Shown here: piece after piece, positions 59,611 to 64,000 of the stretch
How the letters are laid out: each line of letters begins with the position of its first letter
How positions within the stretch are numbered: the stretch's first letter is position 1
Assembly: GCA_934371135.1 (NCBI GenBank)
Contig: CAKRNO010000006.1
Coordinates: 7,751 to 71,750 of the forward strand
DNA: 64,000 nucleotides
From: an uncultured Eubacteriales bacterium
GTDB lineage: Bacteria; Bacillota; Clostridia; Oscillospirales; CAG-272
Direction: 5' to 3'
Translations under genes and position numbers: made by a program
The notes under the pieces: generated by a model
Told to the model about the DNA's origin: nothing
The model's database searches: none
Seen by the model: only the letters and a program-made list of their open reading frames with translations

Positions 59611-60838
59611 GATGCCGGAAAACGAGCGGCAGGAGGCGGAGACCGTGACGGAACCCGCAACGGAAACCACAGCGGATACCGCACCCGTGGCAGTGGAAAA
59701 AGAGAAAAAAGAGCCGCTGTTCCACCTGATCCGCCGCGCGAATGTCACCCCTCTGCAAGCGGCAAGAGTGCGCGCTATCGCCATTGTCGCCGGTCTTATC
59801 CTCTGCGGCATCCTCGCCGCCATCATTACCAAAACCAATCCGTTTGCCTTTTACGGCGCCATGTTCAAGGGGGCGTTCGGCAGTGTCTATAACCTCCTTG
59901 TGACGGTCCATAAGGTGGCAATTCTCCTCGGCGTTTCCCTGGCGGTGACGCCTGCGTTCAAAATGCGTTTCTGGAACACCGGTGCCGAGGGGCAGGTGCT
60001 CATCGGGGCGCTCGCGACGGCGTCCTGTATGTACTGGTTCGGGTCGCTCCCGCTGGGTCTGCTCCTGGTCTGTATGCTGCTCAGCGCGCTTGCCGCCGGT
60101 GCCATCTGGGGCATCATCCCCGCCGTCTGCAAGGCGAAATGGGGGACCAACGAAACGCTGTTCACCCTGATGCTGAACTATGTGGCAATGCAGCTCATTT
60201 CGTTCTTCATGCGACTGTGGAACAAAAAGAGCGCCGGCATTGACTTCACACAGCTGGATCCCACACTGCGCATCAATCATTTCTTCAACGGTTCGACGTC
60301 GACCGGTATCCGCCGGTACATCATCGAGGTGGTCTTCATCCTCGCGCTGACGGTGGGGCTGTATGTGTATCTCCGCTTCAGCAAGCACGGCTATGAGCTC
60401 TCGGTCGTCGGCGAAAGCGAGAATACGGCAAAATACGTCGGTATCAATGTGAAGAAGGTCATCATCCGGACGATGGCGCTCTCCGGTGCCATCTGCGGTG
60501 TCATCGGCTTCCTGCTCGCAGGGACGACCCAGACGGTCTCCCCCGGCCTTGCCGACGGGCGCGGCTTTACCGCCATCATGGTCTCCTGGCTCGCGAAGTT
60601 TGATCCGGCGATCATGGTATTCGCGGCGCTGCTCCTGGTGTTCCTCGACGTCGGTGCCTCCAATATCGCCACCGACCTGAAGGTGGACCAGTCCTTCGCG
60701 GAGATCGTTTCGGGCATTTTGCTGTTCTTTATCATCGGTTGCGAGTTCTTTATCCAGTATCGGATGCTCCCGAGCGACCGGCTGAAAAACCGTTTCCCCA
60801 AGCTGTTCGGGGATAAGAAAACACAGGAGGAGAAATGA
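59597..60838 (+). CDS. ABC transporter permease (BMP/nucleoside system) with an acidic N-terminal extension
   Basis: About 9 TM helices. Overlaps both neighbouring genes. Confidence 0.85.
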   Translation: MKKNEMPENERQEAETVTEPATETTADTAPVAVEKEKKEPLFHLIRRANVTPLQAARVRAIAIVAGLILCGILAAIITKTNPFAFYGAMFKGAFGSVYNLLVTVHKVAILLGVSLAVTPAFKMRFWNTGAEGQVLIGALATASCMYWFGSLPLGLLLVCMLLSALAAGAIWGIIPAVCKAKWGTNETLFTLMLNYVAMQLISFFMRLWNKKSAGIDFTQLDPTLRINHFFNGSTSTGIRRYIIEVVFILALTVGLYVYLRFSKHGYELSVVGESENTAKYVGINVKKVIIRTMALSGAICGVIGFLLAGTTQTVSPGLADGRGFTAIMVSWLAKFDPAIMVFAALLLVFLDVGASNIATDLKVDQSFAEIVSGILLFFIIGCEFFIQYRMLPSDRLKNRFPKLFGDKKTQEEK

Positions 60839-61818
60839 TGGACGCAGTAGCATTGTTCCTGAATGATGCGGTCCTGTACGGCACGCCGCTGCTGTTCGGC
60901 GCGACCGGCGAGATCCTCACGGAAAAGTCGGGGAACCTGAACCTCGGCATCCCCGGCATCATGTATATCGGCGCCATCTCCGGTACGATGGGCGCCTTCG
61001 CCTACAAGGAGATGGCATCCACTGTCAACGGGTTCCTGGGCATTACCATTTCCCTGATCTGCTGCATTGTGGGCGCTCTCCTCGCATCGCTGATCTATTG
61101 TCTCCTGACGGTGACGTTGCGTGCCAACCAGAACGTCACGGGGCTTGCCCTGACCACCTTCGGTGTTGGCTTCGCCGATTTCTTCGGCGGCTCCATTATC
61201 AAGCTGGTCGGCGGTAATACCGGTAGCTTTGCCGCTACCGCAGTTGCCAAGAAGTTCAACTGGCACCTGCCCATCGCCGATAAGATGGGGTGGTTCGGCA
61301 AGATCTTCCTCTCCTACAGCTTTATGATCTACTTTGCCCTCATCCTCGCGATCGTCGCCACCTATGTGTTGCAGAAGACGCGCGTCGGTCTGCACCTGCG
61401 CGCCGTGGGTGAAAATCCGGCGACGGCAGACGCGGCGGGCATCAATGTGACGGCGTATAAATACGGTGCCACCTGCATCGGCGGCGTGATCGCCGGTCTC
61501 GGCGGGCTCGCTTACATCATGAACTGCCGTATGGGCGGCTGGTCGAACGGCGCCCTCGGCGACCGCGGCTGGCTCGCTATCGCGCTCGTCATTTTTGCGA
61601 CCTGGAAGCCCTGGATCAGCATCTTCGGCTCCTACCTGTTCGGCGGTCTGTATATCCTCAACAACCACATCAAAGCGCCGACGCAGGTACAGCCTCTCAT
61701 CCAGATGCTGCCGTATGTGGCAACGATCATCGTCCTTGTCATCAGCTCTGTCCGCAGAAAGCGCGAGAACCAGGCGCCGGCGGCGCTCGGTCTCTCCTAT
61801 TTCCGAGAGGACAGGTGA
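60835..61818 (+). CDS. ABC transporter permease (BMP/nucleoside system)
   Basis: About 9 TM helices. ATGA overlap with the previous gene. Confidence 0.9.
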   Translation: MMDAVALFLNDAVLYGTPLLFGATGEILTEKSGNLNLGIPGIMYIGAISGTMGAFAYKEMASTVNGFLGITISLICCIVGALLASLIYCLLTVTLRANQNVTGLALTTFGVGFADFFGGSIIKLVGGNTGSFAATAVAKKFNWHLPIADKMGWFGKIFLSYSFMIYFALILAIVATYVLQKTRVGLHLRAVGENPATADAAGINVTAYKYGATCIGGVIAGLGGLAYIMNCRMGGWSNGALGDRGWLAIALVIFATWKPWISIFGSYLFGGLYILNNHIKAPTQVQPLIQMLPYVATIIVLVISSVRRKRENQAPAALGLSYFREDR

Positions 61819-61919
61819 CCCCGCGGGCGCTCCCGCAGCTCCTGTGCTCCCACGACGCCATGTTGCCGTGAGCGCCCCTCAAAAGGCAATTCCCGTCAAT
61901 GGCGTCCCATAATGATTTC

Positions 61920-61955
61920 GCGACCCGGCTCCAAATGCCGGGTCGCTCTTTTTTT
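61920..61955 (+). terminator. Intrinsic terminator of the xpt/nucleoside-transport cluster
   Basis: Stem GCGACCCGG-CTCCAAATG-CCGGGTCGC followed by TCTTTTTTT. Confidence 0.75.
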
Positions 61956-61995
61956 GTCTTCTCGCGCATATAGTAGCGGGGAGGAGGGACGCCTT

Positions 61996-62733
61996 TTGGA
62001 TATCATCATTTGCGGTGCGGAGGGCAAGCTCGGGGGGGCGCTCCGCTGTGCGATCGCCGCGCGGCGGGACTGCCGCCTCGCCGCGGGGGTCGATCCCCGC
62101 CCCGGCGGGGGAGCCTACCCGTGGTACGGAGAGCTGGGGGCTGCTCCGGCGGCAGACGTCATCATTGACGCATCGTTCCATACCGCGCTCCCCGACATCG
62201 CGGGAGAGGCGCTCCGCCGCGGCTCGGCGCTCGTGGTCGCCGCGACAGGGCACACGCGTGAGGAGAGGGCGGCGCTGTCACACGCCGCCGCCGGCATCCC
62301 CGTTTTCGTGAGCGCCAATTATTCGCTCGGTGCGGCGTTGCTCTGCGAGTTCGCCCGCCGGGCGGCGGCGGTCTTCCCCGGCGGGGAGATGGAGATCGTC
62401 GAGGCGCACCACAGCGGGAAGCGGGATGCCCCGAGCGGCACCGCGCTCGCCCTTTTTGAGGCGATCCGGGAGGTCCGCCCGCGTGCCCGCGCGCACCCGG
62501 GGCGGGTCGGCGGTGCGGTACGGCGCCCCGAGGAGGTGGGCATCCACTCTCTGCGGCTCGGGTCTCTCCCGGGGACCCATTCGGTCTGTATCGCGACGGG
62601 GGAGGAGACGCTGACCCTGACGCACACCGCCCTGACCCCGGCGGTCTTTGCCGTGGGGATCCTGCGCGCTGCCGCGTATGTGCAGGGGCGGGCACCGGGG
62701 CTTTATACGATGTCGGATCTTTTATATATGTGA
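61996..62733 (+). CDS. dapB: 4-hydroxy-tetrahydrodipicolinate reductase
   Basis: IVEAHHSGKRDAPSGTAL catalytic motif. TTG 61996 lies after GGAGGAGGGA. The track ATG at 61912 runs through the upstream terminator, so it was rejected. Confidence 0.8.
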   Translation: MDIIICGAEGKLGGALRCAIAARRDCRLAAGVDPRPGGGAYPWYGELGAAPAADVIIDASFHTALPDIAGEALRRGSALVVAATGHTREERAALSHAAAGIPVFVSANYSLGAALLCEFARRAAAVFPGGEMEIVEAHHSGKRDAPSGTALALFEAIREVRPRARAHPGRVGGAVRRPEEVGIHSLRLGSLPGTHSVCIATGEETLTLTHTALTPAVFAVGILRAAAYVQGRAPGLYTMSDLLYM

Positions 62734-62739
62734 GGGCTT

Positions 62740-63582
62740 ATGGAAATACAGTTTATCAAGATGCAGGGCCTCGGGAATGACTATGTGTATATCGACACCG
62801 GGGTGCAGGACATGACGGAGATCGACGAGGCGGCGCTGGCGCGCGCGGTCAGCGCGCGGCACTTTTCGGTCGGGGCAGACGGGCTCATTGTCATCGACCG
62901 CTGCCCGGGCGCAGACGTCCGGATGCGGATGTACAACGCGGACGGCAGCCGCGGGGAGGTGTGCGGCAACGGGCTGCGCTGCGTCGCAAAATACTGTCAG
63001 GACGCCGGCATCGTCACGGGGGATACGGTGACCGTGATGACCGACGCGGGGGAGCGCCGCGCGAAGATCCTGAACGCCACGCCGCGCACTGCCGTCGTCG
63101 AGGTGGAGATGGGCAGAGTGGAGCGCATACCGGAGCGCATCCCCATCGTCGGGCAGAACAACCGGATACAGCTCGCGGCGGGTGACCGCTCCTTTTACCT
63201 GTACGCCTGTTCGGTGGGTAACCCGCACGCCGTGACCTTCCTCGACAGCCTGAACATTGACGTGGAGCGGTACGGCAGGATGATCGGGAGCGATCGCATT
63301 TTCCCCGCCGGGGCGAACGTGTCGTTTGTCCGTCCGCTGCGGGTCGGTACCTTGCAGGCGCGGGTCTGGGAGCGCGGCAGCGGAGAAACGCTCGCTTGCG
63401 GGAGCGGCGCCTGTGCCGCTACCGTGGCGGCGATCGAGGAGGGGTATGCCGGGTATGGGATGCCGGTGCGCGTGATCCTGCCCGGCGGCGTCCTGACCGT
63501 GACGGTGCGGGAGACGGGCGAGGTCATACAGCGCGGCGAGGCGGTCACCGTGGCGCGGGGGGTGTTCCTGTGGGAGGGATGA
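62740..63582 (+). CDS. dapF: Diaminopimelate epimerase
   Basis: FIKMQGLGNDYVYID plus the two catalytic Cys contexts EVCGNGLRC and ACGSGACA. Confidence 0.9.
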   Translation: MEIQFIKMQGLGNDYVYIDTGVQDMTEIDEAALARAVSARHFSVGADGLIVIDRCPGADVRMRMYNADGSRGEVCGNGLRCVAKYCQDAGIVTGDTVTVMTDAGERRAKILNATPRTAVVEVEMGRVERIPERIPIVGQNNRIQLAAGDRSFYLYACSVGNPHAVTFLDSLNIDVERYGRMIGSDRIFPAGANVSFVRPLRVGTLQARVWERGSGETLACGSGACAATVAAIEEGYAGYGMPVRVILPGGVLTVTVRETGEVIQRGEAVTVARGVFLWEG

Positions 63583-64000
63583 ATCCTGGTTTTGCGTCGC
63601 TCGCACCGCAGTACCTGTTCCAGGAGATCGCGAAACGGCGCGCCGCCTATGAAACCGGGCACCCCGCGGATGAAGTGCTTTCGCTCGGCGTCGGGGATGT
63701 GACGCGCCCGCTTGCGCCGACCGTCGCCGCTGCCATGGCATCGGCGGCGCTGGAGATGGAAACACGCGCGGGCTTCCGCGGTTATCCGCCCGCTCTCGGA
63801 TATGATTTTCTCCGTCGGGCGATCGCCGCACGTTATGCTGCACGGGGTGTCGGACTTTCGCCGGAGGAGATTTATGTCTCGGACGGCGCCAAGACGGATG
63901 CCGCCATGTTCCCCCACCTGTTCGGCGACGTGACGGTCGCCCTGCCGGACCCGACCTACCCCGTGTACCGGGACGCCCACCGGCTCGCCGGGCACCGCGT
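63579..64000 (+). CDS. dapL: LL-diaminopimelate aminotransferase, N-terminal part (continues beyond the window)
   Basis: ATGA overlap with the dapF stop. My translation is MNPGFASLAPQYLFQEIAKRRAAYETGHPADEVLSLGVGDVTRPL...GYPPALGYDFLRRAIAARY...IYVSDGAKTD. Not in the ORF track because the frame has no stop inside the window. Confidence 0.8.
   Translation, partial: MNPGFASLAPQYLFQEIAKRRAAYETGHPADEVLSLGVGDVTRPLAPTVAAAMASAALEMETRAGFRGYPPALGYDFLRRAIAARYAARGVGLSPEEIYVSDGAKTDAAMFPHLFGDVTVALPDPTYPVYRDAHRLAGHR

Overview
64-kb chromosomal segment from a high-GC Gram-positive anaerobe. The taxon (Clostridia, Oscillospiraceae-like) is an inference from lipobox-rich ABC sugar systems, GGAGG-type ribosome-binding sites and a DapL-type lysine pathway. 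I can support about 50 protein-coding genes, one tRNA-Leu(GAG), several sigma-A-like promoters, intrinsic terminators and a few repeats. I saw no rRNA, CRISPR array, transposase, integrase or recognisable defence genes.

Layout:
- 1-4.7 kb: tail of a GH43 gene, an esterase-GLUG lipoprotein, an unannotated 50-codon ORF and a second GLUG-repeat protein.
- 4.9-17.6 kb: a divergent AraC regulator, then a tight 10-gene plus-strand operon. It encodes a Gfo/Idh/MocA oxidoreductase, EamA transporter, quinone oxidoreductase, third GLUG lipoprotein, GH43 lipoprotein, CBM9-like lipoprotein, a large solute-binding protein and 2 permeases.
- 17.9-38.2 kb: a second glycan locus. It holds a HAD hydrolase and GH38 alpha-mannosidase on the minus strand, a cytosolic GxGYxYP-family protein, a LacI regulator, and an operon of Big_2/CBM-like lipoprotein, solute-binding protein, 2 permeases, two GxGYxYP lipoproteins, mannose-6-P isomerase and a ROK kinase.
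- 38.3-45.8 kb: a truncated BAAT-like hydrolase, an ABC-2 exporter operon with a membrane-flavodoxin fusion protein, an alpha/beta hydrolase plus GPH symporter, and a PHP phosphoesterase.
- 45.9-64 kb: tRNA-Leu with unusual flanks, a lipoprotein, trmL, a DUF4886-like protein, secA (1041 aa, enlarged), two coupled unknown membrane proteins, an O-antigen-ligase-like protein, xpt, a BMP-type nucleoside ABC importer, and dapB-dapF-dapL.

The most interesting content:
- the mannose-linked locus built around three paralogues of the uncharacterised GxGYxYP family, with a shared predicted operator;
- a repeated Cys/His/Asp mini-module directly after lipoboxes;
- the GLUG-domain trio with a small ORF between two of them;
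- the palindromic trailer of the tRNA-Leu.

All domain calls are from motif recognition by eye, not from database searches.
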